Part shown: one piece after another, positions 44,550-59,910 of the stretch
How positions within the stretch are numbered: the first letter of the stretch is position 1
Layout of the letters: each line of letters opens with the position of its first letter
Origin: the human T2T-CHM13v2.0 reference genome, Homo sapiens
Length of the DNA: 64,000 bases
Assembly (NCBI RefSeq): GCF_009914755.1
Contig: NC_060935.1
Strand: one strand, 5' to 3'
Program-made: the position numbers and the translations under genes
Notes under the pieces: generated by a model
Database searches by the model: none
Seen by the model: only the letters and a program-made list of their open reading frames with translations
Told to the model about the DNA's origin: nothing

Positions 44550-45039
44550 GGCCAGACACGGTGGCTCACCCTGCAATCCCAGCACTTTGGGAGGCCAAAG
44601 TGGCAAGATCACCTGAGGCCAGGATTTCGAGCTACACCACGACACTCTATCCTGGATAACAGAGTGAGAATCTGTTTTTTTTTTTTTTTTTTTTTCTGAG
44701 ATGGAGTCTTGCTCTATCACCCAGGTTGGAGTGCAGTAGCATGATCTCTGCCTACTGGAACCTCTGTCTCTTGGGTTCAAGGGATTCTCCTTCCTCAGCC
44801 TCCTGAGTAGCTGGAATTATAGGCGTGCAGCACCATGCCTGGCCATTTTTTTTTTTTTTTTTTTTTGTAGAGACAGGGTTTCACCATGTTGGCTAGGCTG
44901 GTCTTGAACTCCTGACCTCAGGTGATCTGCCCACCTCAGCCTCCCAAAGTGCTGGGATTACAGGCATGAGCCACCATGCCTGGCCAAATCTGTCTTTTTT
45001 AAAAAAAGAAGAAAAAAATTACAACCATAAAAATAATAC
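44550..45039 (+). mobile_element. Internally deleted Alu (left-arm start fused to right-arm end), split by a second Alu
   Basis: ggccagacacggtggc...gatttcgag|ctacaccacgacactc...agagtgagaatctgt, with its tail at 45001-45039. TSD aaaagt(t/c)aataca. Confidence 0.8.
44676..44985 (-). mobile_element. AluS inserted into the end of the preceding Alu
   Basis: TSD aatctgt(t/c)ttttt. Middle A-rich linker expanded to a pure T run. Confidence 0.92.
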
Positions 45040-45129
45040 AAAAGTCAATACAGTATAAAAACTACTTACATAGCATTTACACATTGTATTTTATATTATA
45101 ATGATGATTTAAAGTATATAAGACATATG

Positions 45130-45326
45130 TTGGGGGTAGGAGGCAAGAAGAGGGAGAGCATTAGGACAAATACCTAATGCATGCGGGGCTTAAAACCTCA
45201 GTGATGGGTTGATAGGTGCAGCAAACCACCATGGCACACGTATACCTATGTAACAAACCTGCATGTTCTGTATCCCAGATTTTCAAGTAAATAAAGTAAA
45301 ATAAAAAAAGGAAAACAAAAAGAAAA
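45130..45326 (+). mobile_element. Short 5'-truncated L1PA (PA7/8-like) 3' end
   Basis: gggagagcattaggacaaatacctaatgcatgcggggcttaaaacct...gtaacaaacctgcatg plus an A-rich tail. Confidence 0.92.
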
Positions 45327-46159
45327 TATGCTTTTCTTTCTATTTGAAGAAATATATAATTTTTGAGTTGCATTGCCTCCTCATAGCCACATAACAAAAT
45401 ACACCTCCAGACATCTGAATCAATTGATCTGCTTGGGGTTGGTGGGAAAGTGTATGCCAAGAACAAAGATTTGGCACGGAGTAATATTAAACTGTTTATT
45501 CTGCCCATAATTAGAAATAGAAAGCTTTGTTTTCTGAAATGCTTTCAGAAAAATGATAGTAAAAATCTTCATCAGCATGGGCTGAATGCACCCCCCAACC
45601 CCTAACCCATACGTTCATCTACAACAGCAGAAGTATATGCATGGAGTTTATCTAAAATATTTGCAGCAGAATTTTGACATGCTCATGAATCCTCCAATTT
45701 TCTGCCAAAATGATTCAATTATTCAAACATTAAGAGAAAAACATGCAACCTAAGGGACAGCCTGAGAAATTTGATAGCCTGACTACTAGAGATGGAGTGC
45801 CCTTGGAGGCATCACCTTCTGTGCACAGCCCTGATGAAGTTTAGATCTCCACCAGAGAGACTGACACAGAAAGCTGTGCCCTTGCCATAGCATCAACAGT
45901 TTACACTGTCAGAAGAGCCTAGAGAGTCTACAGACCCCTCTGCACACTTTAACTAAAGACTCTCAGCCCATCAGCCTTTTGAGAAACAGAATATCTCCTA
46001 TCTTCTAAACATCTGAAAGACACAAGCAGGACCTGAGGAGTTGCTTAGGTAACTGACATATACTTACCTCTGCTGACAATGCTGGTATATCTGGGCGTAA
46101 GTGGACAGAGTGAACAATGAAAAATGATGTGTAATCAATAAAAGTAAATGTTTGAAAAA
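45327..46159 (+). other. Putative L1 3'-transduced segment
   Basis: Non-repeat-like sequence between the L1 tail and a second A-run. AATAAA at 46137-46142. Enclosed by TSD aagacatatg (45120-29 and 46160-69). Confidence 0.8.
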
Positions 46160-46250
46160 AAGACATATGCATAAATTATATGCAAATACTAGTCATTTTA
46201 TATAAGGCACTTGAGCATCTGCAGATTATGGTATCCAATTCAAGGAGCAA

Positions 46251-46253
<3 letters not shown>

Positions 46254-46292
<39 letters not shown>
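46254..46292. repeat. (TG)n microsatellite
   Basis: About 19 TG units. Confidence 0.95.
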
Positions 46293-46294
<2 letters not shown>

Positions 46295-47600
46295 ATGCGT
46301 ATTTCTAAATATATCTTGGTCGGTGAAGAGCAATTCATAGAGAAATTCATATTCTATAGGAAGTAATTCAAATTTCTGACCATGCCCTTCAAGAGTTTTG
46401 ATAATTTGAACCTCACCAACTTCTCCAGATTCTACCTTACTTAAATGAGCTCAGGGAGTGTCCTATATGCAACTTAGATTATATTGCTTGCTGATTTATA
46501 ATTTGCATGAACACAACACTTTCACATCTACATTGTCATTACTTATATTGTCACCTGTGCTTAGACTTCTTTCCCCTTTACGATATTTAATCATCCTATG
46601 CGTCATTCAAGGCCCCACACAAAGATATTTTCTTCCATGAAATTTTCTGTGACTGTTTAACTTGTTGGTGATTTCTTCTAATGTCTTACTCTTATCACAT
46701 TTTGTCATGTATTATCCTCATTTCAATCTTTGTTCTATATTACAGAAATAAAATTTTGAGCCAGTTGATTAGGGATACTTCATTGTTAATGTTTGCATAT
46801 ATTTTTTCAAAGAGTCCTCCATGTAGAAGGATCCAATAAAATATATACTACTTCATTATTTGTAGAGGGACTGCATAATCTAGTATTTTTTCATCAATGA
46901 TATCTAGGGTTGACGACTATTTTCATCATTTACTATCTGTCTTTGGAAAAATTACTTAAATTATGAACCTACTTTCTTGCTTGTAGAATGTCCACTACAC
47001 CTATATTTCTGAATAATTATGAGAATTAAATGATATTGTAAAATGTCTACCACATGTCTGATATATGCTAGTATATAATATTAGATATTGTTTAAAAATA
47101 AAAAATAAAATGAAGCTATAGTTATGCTTGCTATAATAAATAATTATTTAAAAGTAGGCAGAAATGTTGAAGACAGGCTGAATGGAAGTTTGTGTTTCTA
47201 CAGTTATTATTGTTGTTATTCTATTTCTTTGGGAAAACCAAATCTTGAGATGTCATGGCACTACTCCAGAGCTTTGAATTTTATGAAATTTCTATCCAAA
47301 GAAGGCGTTCAACATACTCTTGGAGGATCTTTTCATTAAAGACAAAAAACAAAAACAATGCAAATGAAATTGAAACATTGAAAGACTATTCCATGATAAG
47401 TGAGTCTATTGTATCTGCATTTAAAATAAACAGTTAGAAATATAAATTACGGCAGGACAGACATCAAAGGAGTGAAAAGAGTCAGGAAGGGTTCCAAGAA
47501 TGAGGAGGACAAGTCACAGGGTACAGGAGCCTGTTTTTCAACACTTCTGCCAGTCCAAACAAGGAAAGTGTAAACATCAAATTAAATAGTAACCACTAGA

Positions 47601-47913
<313 letters not shown>

Positions 47914-48267
47914 TTACTAGAAAAAATGAAGAAGTACATGCTTTCAAAAACTCATTAATCTATAAAGGCTGTTGTGCAATCATTTTTAAAAAATAAAACT
48001 AATGATTAATTATAAAATAAAGAAGTGGAGTGAATATATGACATGCATATTAAGAAGAGGCATGAACTTTATAGTTCTAGGAGGAGATTTCATGGAAGAA
48101 GTGAAATGAAGTAATTTCTCTAACTAGATTGATAAACAGAGTAGGTAAAGGAATTCTAGGCTGATGTAACCATTCAAGCAAAGGTTAGTAGTTAAAATTT
48201 ATTCAGCTAACCTACATTTATTAAGCATCTCACAATGTGCTATCAAATAAAAACAATGTAGTCTTAA

Positions 48268-48986
<719 letters not shown>

Positions 48987-50579
48987 AATGTAGTCTTAAG
49001 TAAGAAAATAATTTATTCAAAAGCTATTGCAGTAGAAAGAACACTTCAACCATACAATCTTTAAGCATCGTAGAGCAAAGGCTTTCTTTTATAGAGAGAA
49101 AGGAAACAGGACTATCAAAAACTGGCTGTGGGGAAAAGAGTGAGCGGGTTGTGTGGCCGAACGATTGAACAGCAAATGTTTCTACACCATAAGCCAATTA
49201 ATTAATGGTGTAAAAGCTAATCTCAGAGTGGTTGTTAAGCTGCTGTTCCGTATTCCAATACTTAATGCTTGTTGAAACCCAAGGTGAGACAGAGTTCACA
49301 GGCCTGAGAGAAGGTGAGAAGCTAGACCAAAAAGCTCGACCACTCTGGTCAAATGAAGCTAGCAGTCTTTTGCGCAGATTAATCAGTGAAGCACAAGTTT
49401 AGCTAATCATTATGAGACAAAGAGTGGGAATTTGGAGTGTCTGTGAGTGCATCATAACAGGTAAATAAGGATGTCATCCATGAATCTTATCTAGCTCGTA
49501 TGGCAAGGACAGTATTTTGCATTATCGCATTTTTGGAGACAAAAGGTTTGGGGAATTTCTTAACCATTGGTGATTTCTGGAAGCACAGGGCTCAGATGCA
49601 GTTCAACATTATAAGTACAAAACAGTGTGCTAGTATCAAACAACATTTTTTCAGTCAAAGCATTCAATTTTGTGGTGAAACACATACATAAATAATAAAA
49701 TATTATAATACTAAAAAGAGATGGAGAATACAGAAAACCTTGACAGAAGACTAAGGATTGAAGAGACTGACTTGATGTATTTGGAGATTTTGTGCTGTGA
49801 AATCAAGTGTTAAGGCTATACAGTGTACAACGGTGTGTGGGAAGTTCTTAAATACTAGGAAGAATTTAAACAAATGATTTCTCAGGGAATTCATTTTAAT
49901 CTTAGATCTAGTTTATTCACAGGAATTGAAATAGACAAAACACATTTAAATATTTTCAAGAAATTCTCTTTGATAATTAATTAACTGAGCACAGGGTATA
50001 TAAGAGGAAATAGAGGAAAGCTGAACAAAGGAAAATGAAGGAGACAGATTCAAGCCCCAGGGCAGATGGCCTTGACCTTGACATGGCCGAAGGGGCTACT
50101 GATATTTTGAACTGTAAGTTGATCCAGTTAGAATTTTAAGTTAAAAAGTATAATTTGAATTAAATGGATTAGAAAAGCAAAAAAAAGAAAATGCATATAA
50201 TGCTATTATATAAACATTCAAATAGTGAGAACCTGAACTAGGATAGTAAGATTGGGTAGAGTCAAATAAAAATGTTCAAATAATTAGAATTGGAGAAGAG
50301 ATGGGATTTGATTGAGCAAATGTTTATCTTTCAGAAATAAAGAAAATAATTAGTTAAATCATGGCCCCAAAATATCCATCTTTAGTGAAATTGGACAAAC
50401 TTGTCAGTCTTAGTGCTGACCAATCTTCCTGCTGAAGTCAACAGAAAAAATTGACAAAATTCAAAATAATAATTCCTTTTAAGGCACTGGAGAACTATCA
50501 ATGCACAATGTAACAAGTACTCAACTGGCCAATCTCTGAGAAATAAAATATAGAGAAGTTAACACAGCATTTGGCACTA

Positions 50580-51035
50580 TGTAGTACATTGTTTGCAAAT
50601 ATGCCCGTAACTATTCTCCTTATATCCATATACACTTACTTTATGACTTTGAAGCTTTTCCCATCAAGAAGTGAAGTATATTTACCTGACTCTTGAATCT
50701 GGCCTGAACTTGTGACTTGCTTTGTAACTGATACTGTTTGATTGACAGGATGTTATTCTAAATCTCAGCCTAAACCTGAAAAATACTCCCTGACCTCTGC
50801 TAATTCTCTTAGATCCCTGACCAACTGGTGGATGATCTGCTCTAGGCTACTTTGCTGATAAAGCGAGATCCAGTTGCTTTCACTGATAAACTGACAGCAA
50901 TTCAACCATAGAAGTAGAGTCATTGGCTGATGAACAAAAGATCGCAAATACAAGAATAAGCCCAACCAAGTGAATGGCCCAGCTAAGCTCAGACTAACAC
51001 ACAGAATCATTAAGTAAATAAATGATAATAAAATA
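50580..51035 (+). mobile_element. MLT1 (F/G/H-like) MaLR LTR
   Basis: tgtagtacattgtttgcaaatatgccc...cccatcaagaagtgaagtatatttacc...ttgaatctggcctg...gtgacttgctttg. Confidence 0.6.
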
Positions 51036-51529
51036 GACAAATTATTAAATATTATGTAATTTATTGGCATTGAAATGGGAACAATTAGAATATTTGAGTA
51101 TTTACGTATCTATTAAAACATTGACTAACTAAATGATTTCCCACAAAGGATTTGCAGGCCATATTATTTTAGTTCTGAATTCTCCTCATTCAGGGAAGAA
51201 AGGTTACCAGTCTCACACAAATTCTTTCAGATAATAGAAAAAAAAAATACTATCCAATTTGTTTCATGAGATAAGCAAAACTTAGATACCAAGCTTTACA
51301 AGAATATGAGAGAGACATTTACAAATGATTTTTTCTATGAAAATAAATGTAAAAATTATAAGCAAAATATTAGGAAACTGAATCTAGCAGAAGTATACAT
51401 GAAATTATTTTGATAGTGTGAGATTTATTTAATGTAATCATTAATCATACATGTGAGATGGATCAATGCAATGAAGTACATTAATAGTATAAATGAAAAA
51501 TGTATGTGACCACTTGAACCAATGCATTT

Positions 51530-52240
51530 ATTAGACAAATTTTTGCTGTGCTGATACTACATTACAAATTACTCCAAAGCCTAATGACTTACAAAAACAA
51601 GCACTTATTTTTCAAGCTCATGTTGGGAGCTTACTGCAAGTGTTTCTGCTTCAGAGTATGGATCAAATTCAGACCTGTTCTTTTGTTTGTTTGTTTTGTT
51701 TTGTTTTGTTTTGAGACAGAGTCCCTGTCGCCCAGGCTGGAGTGCAGTGGCGCGATCTCGGCTTACCGCAAGCTCTGCCTCCCGGGTTCACGCCATTGTC
51801 CTGCCTCAGCCTCTCCGAGTAGCTGGGACTACAGGCGCCCGCCACCACGTCCGGCTAATTTTTTGTATTTTTAGTAGAGACAGGGTTTCACCGTGGTCTC
51901 GAACTCCTGACCTCGTGATCTGTCCGCCTCGGCCTCCCAAAGTGCTGGGATTACAAGCGTGAGCCAGACCTGTTCTCTTTATTTTCTTACTGAAAAAGCC
52001 TGAGTTGAAGCAGTTACCTACGGTTACTTTTTCACATGGCCAATAGCAGGAGAACAAGAAGCTGAGAAAAATAACATAAACGACGTTTAATGTCACTGAT
52101 AAGCCATGTCCACTAGCGTGCCTTTGGAGTGTCACATGACCAAATGAATGACACAGGGATTTCTATTCTGCTTATATTTGCAGCATAGTAAATGTGGGAA
52201 GGGAGAAAGGAATTGTTAGCAAATAATAACACCTGCCATA
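51530..52240 (-). mobile_element. MLT1I/J/K-like MaLR LTR interrupted by an Alu
   Basis: ctaatgacttacaaaaacaagcacttatttt..gctcatg ... gtcacatgaccaa ... gcaaataataacacctgccata. Confidence 0.55.
51682..51964 (-). mobile_element. AluYd3-like (RepeatMasker AluYc3-like), missing the first ~11 nt
   Basis: 12-bp deletion (ggtttcaccgtggtctcg), plus CACGCTTGTAA and TACTCGGAGAGGCTG on the - strand. TSD cagacctgttct. Confidence 0.8.
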
Positions 52241-53226
52241 ATGAAGCAAGCAACATTTTATAACATTCAAATTTTATTCATGATTAAATGATTAAGAAAC
52301 TAGAAAGGGAACATTTTACATCTGATAATGTAAAAGAAAAAGAAGAAGAATATTTACTACAAAAATTCAATAGGAAATACCATATTTGGGGTGAAATATT
52401 GAAAGCTCTTTCTCCTACAATCTGGAATAAGACAAAGATGTTTATAGTATCAATTCTGTTGAGCACTGTAGAATAGGTTTTTAATTCTTGATAATAAATT
52501 AGGATATAGAAGAAAAACTACCATTCTTGCAGAAAGTATGATTGTGTATATAGAAAATTCAAAAGATTCTAAATGTAAGCGATGCACAAATGTAAGTTAT
52601 TCACAAAAGGATTGTGCACTGAAAACTACACAATATTATTAAGATAAAATGTTATGATCTCTAAATAAATTGTAGTATATGAAATGTTTATGGAGCAGAA
52701 AACTCAACATTTTTAAAATGTCAATATAGTCACCCAAAACCCAAACAATGTTTTATTCTTGTTGAAATTGACAAACCAATTCTAAAATGTATATGGAAAT
52801 GCATTTGACCGTGAATAAGTAAGACAATCTTGAAGAAAATAACAAAATTTAAACTTTTAGACTCTTGGGTATCTATATACTTTTATAAAGCTTTAATAAA
52901 TAAGAAACAGTGACACTAACAAAATGTTAAACAAATATTTCAATTTGATGGATTAAATAATATAGAAACTGACATCTTTTTATTGAAAAAATTTATTTAT
53001 AAAAAATGGCACTGCAAAATATTGGGATTTAATTATATGTTCCCGTGCAACACAGAAAAATACAATTCCAGGTTGTTTGCAGGTCTAAAATGTGAAAAGT
53101 GAAATAAGTAAATTAACTAATTACTTAATACATAGGCTTCCAGAAAATATAGTAAGCCAGCTTACATTTCTTAAACTAAGTCTAAAAAGGACAAATCCTG
53201 ATATAAATATTAATTTGGTCTATATT

Positions 53227-53568
53227 TGTATCAGTCTGTTTTCATGCTGCTGATAAAGACATACCTGATACTGGGTAATTTATACAGGAAAAAGGGTTTA
53301 GTGAACTTACAGTTCCACTGGATGGGAAGGCCTCACAATCATTGTGTAAGGCAAGGGGGAGCAAGTCACATCTTACACGGATGGCAGCAGGCAAAGAAAG
53401 AGATCCATCAGATCTCATGAGACTCATTCACTATCATGAGAACAGCATGGGAAAAACCTGCCCCCATAATCCAACCACATCCCACCAGGTTCCTCCCACA
53501 ACATGTAGGAATCATGGGAGTTAAAATTCAAAATGAGATTTGGGAGGGGACACAGCCAAACCATATCA
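53227..53568 (-). mobile_element. THE1B-like solo LTR
   Basis: tgtatcagtctgttttcatgctgctgataaagacatacc...gacacagccaaaccatatca. Perfect 5-bp TSD atatt. Confidence 0.92.
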
Positions 53569-53626
53569 ATATTTATATTATCAACAACTCTTCATTAAAA
53601 GATACCATTAAGAGATTGAAAATTCA

Positions 53627-53927
<301 letters not shown>

Positions 53928-54535
53928 AGAGATTCAAAATTCAAGCAGCAGAATAGGAAATTATTTTAATACTTTTAATCATAAAAGGGCTCATGTGTGG
54001 AATGTATAAATACCTCCCACAAATCAATAACAAGCAATGGGCAAACTAATGGAAAAAGGGCAAAAGTCATGAGTGAGCATTTTATAAAGGATATATAAAA
54101 ATCACCTTTAGTAACATCCTCCCTTTATGAGTCACCAACCAGGGAAATTCAAATTATAGCTAAAATGAGATGCTATTACACCACTACTAGAGTTACTGAA
54201 TTAAAAACAAGTACTAATGATACCAGTGTGGATAAGAATATGAAGCAACTGGAATTCTCTACCTCTCCTACCCTGCAACTAATTTGAAAAATTTTTTGGC
54301 TGTTATTTGCTAAAGTAGAACATATGCGTGCTTTATGATGCGGCAATTCCATTCTTAGATATATACCCAGCATAAACGTGTTTATATGTTAACCACAAAG
54401 CATATGAAATATTCATTGCAGCATTACTCATAATATTCAAAAACTGGAAAAAGTCACAAGTGTCTATCAACACTAGAAAAAATTGCTGTACAGTTATTCA
54501 CCACTACACTATGCAGTATTAAAAATTAATAAACT

Positions 54536-54906
<371 letters not shown>

Positions 54907-55279
54907 TCATATTAAATGAATCAAGCAAAAGACATTTGATGTATATGATTTATATGTGTATTAATTTCAAACATAAGCAAATAATTTTAAGTCACAGAAG
55001 TCTGAATATTGGTTATATGTTGGGAGGAGGGTAAAGGTAATGAATGGGTGCCGTCAAAGAAAAGCTTCTAAGGTTAGTTTTCTATCTCTTAAATTTCCGA
55101 GGTGTTTAGTTTGCAATACTTCAAGTGTGTCCTTGGGATTTTTGTTTTTCTACATGAATGCTGTATCTTAATACAGTTTATATTTGAAAACAATGGACTA
55201 AGAAAGATAGTATCACTTGAAAATTACAAATATGGTACTCAGTGATGAAGCATAACTTTTTATTTTAAAGTCAAAGACA

Positions 55280-55596
55280 AGCCAGGGGTCATGGCTCACA
55301 CCTGTAATCCCAGCATTTTGGGAGGCTGAGGAGGGCAGATCGATTGAGCTCAGGAGTTCGAGATCAGCCTGGGTAACATGGCAAAACCCTCTCTCTACTA
55401 AGAATAGAAAAAAATTAGCTGGGGGTAGTGACGTGTGTCTATCGTCCCAGCTAACTGAGAGGCTGAGGTGGGAGGATGGTTTGAGCCAAGAAGCAGAGGT
55501 TGCAGTAAGCCGAGATCATGCCACTGTACTCCAGCCTGGGTGGCAGAGCCAGACCCTGTCTCAAAAAATCAATCAATCAATTAATTAAATTAAATG
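55280..55596 (+). mobile_element. AluJb-like
   Basis: ttgagctcaggagttcg and ggtgggaggatgg. TSD aagtcaa(a/g)gaca. Confidence 0.9.
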
Positions 55597-56696
55597 AAGT
55601 CAAGGACAAGACAGAAGGTATTCTATCACCTCCTCTATTCGACATTGTTTTGAATGTCTTAGGCAACATGATTAATAAACGAAAAGAAATAAAACTGTAG
55701 CTATTAGAAAAAGATATGACTGGTCAATTCAAAGAAGTTATTGCTACCACTTTAAAAAGTCAACAGAATAAACTGAATAACTATGACAACTAATAAAGAT
55801 GTTCAGTGAGGTATCTGGAAACAAAATCAACTTACAGACAGTAACTTTAAAGATGACTAGCAATATCTATTTAGACAATTAAATGGAGAAACCCATCCAC
55901 AATAGTAGCAATAAGTCTAACAAAAAATGAGAAAATGTAAAGAATTTCCGTATTATAAAAACATACTGGCATAATAAATGAGAGTATATTTCTGGATGGT
56001 AAGGTGTGTGATTGTTATCTATTTCCCTAAATATAATTATAATGCAAATGCAATTTCAATTAAATTCCCTGCAGGAATTTACAGAAAATTGACATGCTTA
56101 TTCTAAAATTCATTCAGAAGAAACAAAAGAGAACATTTGCCAATGAAACTGTCAACAAAAACAATAGGGGGGATGAATCCAAGAAGTATCAAAATGTTGT
56201 ACACAGTTTTAATAATTAAATCATGACATGTCACGAAGACAGCAAATGAATCCGAATACAGAATTTAAAAACATTTAGAAAAAAAAATTTGTTACATCAA
56301 AAAGTGCCATATTAAAATCAGCAGGGGAAGTATTGTATCCAATCGTGTTAGGACAACTGGCTATCCATATTTAAGTTATAGTCCCCCTTCCTACTATACA
56401 TATATATTTGTATATATGTTTATATGTAGATACAAAAATCAATTGGGTAGTTTAGTAAAAATTAAAAATTGATACATTTTTATAAATGTACATAAACTTG
56501 TAAATAACATGGGTTGGAGAAACCTAAGAATAGTCCAGATGCCATAAAGAAAAAGGATTAATCTAAATAAATTATTTAAAAGAAATTGGAGAGGGGTAAA
56601 TGTAAATACCAATAAGAGGTATGAAAAAAAAATCCATATAATGACAATGAACTAAAACCCAGAGTGGACAAGAATCTTCCAAATAAATTAGGTAAA

Positions 56697-57108
56697 TGTA
56701 ATAGGTTGGAATATGTGCCTCCAAATTTATGTGTTGAAATCTTAATCTCTAGTACATTAGATGTAACTTCATTTGGAGATAGTTTTTGCAGAGGTAATAA
56801 AGTTAAAATAAGGTCTCTAGGGCAGACTCTAAACCAATATGACTAGTGTTCTTATGTAAAGGGGGAATTTAGACACAGAGATACACCGGGAAGGAAGATG
56901 CTGTGGAGAGACATAAGGAGAAGACAGCCATTTGCAAGCTGATGAGAGAGGCCTAAGACAGATCCTTCTCTCACAGCCCTCACAGGAAACAGCCCTACAA
57001 ACAACTTGATTTTGGATTTCTAGCCTCCAGAATTGTGAGACGAAATATCTATTATTTGAGGTACCCAGTCTTAGTTACTTTGTTATGGAAGCCCTAGAAA
57101 ACTAATAA
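56697..57108 (+). mobile_element. MLT1A/B MaLR solo LTR
   Basis: tgtaataggttggaatatgtgcctcc...ttggatttctagcctccagaattgtgaga...gccctagaaaactaata. TSD gtaaa/gtaac. Confidence 0.85.
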
Positions 57109-57396
57109 GTAACTAACTCAAAATTTAAATAGGCAAAACATATAAACAGATAATTCACAGAGAAAGAAATACAAGTGGTAATCTTATGAAAATATAATCA
57201 ATCTCTAATAAAGTAAATACAAATTACATCAGAAAGAGGGTATCATTTTTCACTCATGCCATTAGCAAATTTTCTTTTAAGAAAAAGGGAGATAAGACAG
57301 TCTGGTTTAGGTGAAGGTGTGAAGAACACCAGAAGATACTAAGAAAATTATAGGCTAGAATAGCTGATAGGCAATTTACCAGCACATATTGAAACT

Positions 57397-57478
57397 AACA
57401 CAAAATATCTCATGTGCCCCATAAATACATGTACCTAGTAAATACCCACAAAAATTAAAAATTAAAAAAAAAATAAAT
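57397..57478 (+). mobile_element. Very short L1MA1-3-like 3' terminus
   Basis: aaaatatctcatgtgccccataaatacatgtacctagtaaatacccacaaaaattaaaaa. Confidence 0.7.
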
Positions 57479-59760
57479 ACAAGATATGGGCACTGAAGCC
57501 AGACCTCCCACCCTACTCCCCCCACCAAAAAAAATTAACATGTTGACTTTTAGTGAAATATTTACACTTTTAGAAACTTATATCACAGAAGTACTCAGGA
57601 ATTCTTTTGTGTCCACATATATACACTTTATTAATTTTTAAGAGAGAAAGAAAAAATTGGAAACACCGTAAATTATCAGTGGTAAAAATATATTCAAGTA
57701 CAACCAAAATGGATAGTAATATATAGACATGGAAAGTGCTCTAAGACATATGAAGCCAGTTACAGAACCTGAGTGTAGGAGGGTCACATTTACTTTTCAT
57801 GTAAGCAAGAGAAAATTATTAGAAGATGAACATACACTCATTTGTAAATGGAAGAAAATCCAATAAAATGTTAGCCAATACTTTCATTATGGTTACTTCC
57901 GCAGTGTAATTTGGTTTCCTCTTACATAAGGACCTTAAATGTTTGAATCTAAAGTAGTACTGTTAATTAACAATTCTGCCAACATTTTCCTGATAACTTG
58001 TGCCTCTTCATGGTTCCCAATGTATTTACCAGAAAATAGAGAGATTTAAATTGGTTCTGTTTTCTTCATAACATTATTTGAAAATCAAATATGAAGGTGA
58101 AATGAAACAATGTTGTATATTATAAAAGGGAAATGTTATTTGTAATTTAATTAAAAGTAAATATAGTAAACAAAGTCAACATTTATTTGCGTAATAGAGA
58201 AGAAAGAAGCAATATACAGTAAGTTCTTGAAGGACGCAATGAACATTTAACTGATAAACTCATAGCCAAATCAGTATATTCTTTCAAATTTGTGGTTAAG
58301 ATATTAGGCTTTGGAGACTCACTGATACACCACTTTCTTAATAGCATGTCCTTAGAAGTTATTTACTACTCTTGTGACTTAATTTCCGTGCCTATAAAAT
58401 AGGTACGGATGTGTTATGCACGTCATTTCATTTACTCTTCAGAACAAATTCATGAGAAAAGCACTATTATTAACCCTATATATAATATGACAGCATATAT
58501 AATAACCTGTCAATACATATAATCTACTATTATGAATTATGGTCACTTAAGATGATTTTGGAGATGTGTTTATTGTTCAGGAGAAACAAATTGGGGCATA
58601 AAGTAAGGTTAAAAATTGGAAGGAAATAAAAACATGCCTTGCTGTTTATTATTTAACTTTGCCAGTGAGACTGAATGGAAATTTGGGGCATTAATAATTG
58701 TCTGATTACTGGTTGACTACTGTTCATCAGTGAAATTCACAAGGCCAGCGAGAATATTGTGGTTCTTAGCAATGGGCCATTCCGATTTCCTTTTAATGAG
58801 AAGAATGTGAAGAGTGCTAGAGACCTATATTTAGCAAATGAGAAAAAGAAAAAAATTGTAATAGAAGTCTATTCTAGATGAGATGAACGTATTAATCATC
58901 ACTAAGGCCATTAGGAGATCTAGTTCCTTTATATTTCTGCAGAATGACTATAAATTCATCATATTTCTTAGTAATAGAAATTATATATGTATATATTTTC
59001 AATTAATTACCTATCATGGGTTCAATGCTTTACACAAATTACCCTATTTAACACATGAAAATGTGGGTAAGTTAACTGTTACATTTTACAGATTCTCAAC
59101 TAAAGCTGAGAGAATTTGAGCCGTTTTCCCACAATTTTACAATTGAACTTGTCGACCCATCTTTCACCAAAAACACTGTTCTTCCTGACTTCCCTCTCAG
59201 TGAAGGGCTGTGTCCAAAAATTGCCTAAGCCAGAAACCTGGCATCATTAGTAAATAGCTCCCTTCTACACTTATTCCACAACATACAGGCAAAAGAATTA
59301 AACACAAACACACACACACACAGTTACACATACAGATACAGTATACTATTAATTCCATTTTGTATGTTTTGCTGAAATCAATCCAAGTTTGCCTGCCTCC
59401 CCTGCTTCTGCTCTAGTTAGGCCAGCGTAATCTTTTGTCTGGACTATTGCAATGGTAACTTTCTTAACAGTCACCTGTTTTCCTGTTTTTTTCCCTCCTC
59501 CCATTCACTCCTGAGTTTTCAGCCAGGGAAAATTTTCCAAAACATAAATCTGATCTTGCCATTTACTGACTAAAACATCTCATTTACTTTCATTTGTTCT
59601 CAAAATAATGCCCAAATTCCCAATTATCACTTAACAGTCTTCTGAAATGAGTAGTCATTTCACATTTCAGCAGCAAATCTCCTGCTCCCCAGTTAGAACT
59701 CCAAACCTTCTGATATTTATTCACTTTTTGAAAAATTCAACATTTATTTTCTTTAGTGTC

Positions 59761-59910
59761 TGTATGAGTCCGTTTCACACTGCTGATAAAGGCATACCTG
59801 AGACTGGGTAATTTATAAAGAAAAAGAGGTTTAGTGGATTCCACGTGGCTGGGGAGGCCTCCCAATCATGGAAGAAGACGAAAGGCATGTCTTACATGCA
59901 GCAGGGAAGA
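59761..59910 (-). mobile_element. Truncated THE1 (C/D-like) LTR fragment
   Basis: tgtatgagtccgtttcacactgctgataaaggcatacctgagactgggtaatttataaag...; similarity stops abruptly at about 59910. Confidence 0.85.

Larger units (their letters stand above)
44471..46252 (-). mobile_element. MER2 (TcMar-Tigger) in three fragments (44471-44549, 45040-45129, 46160-46252)
   Basis: Fragments rejoin to caatacagtata..actacttacatagcatttac...gatgatttaaagtata...tatatgcaaatact...ttttatataaggcacttgagcatc. Confidence 0.85.

Noticed and set aside
45161-45508. Longest ORF (115 aa, - strand)
   Set aside because: It runs antisense across the L1 tail and transduced junction, is low-complexity, and has no splice or homology support.
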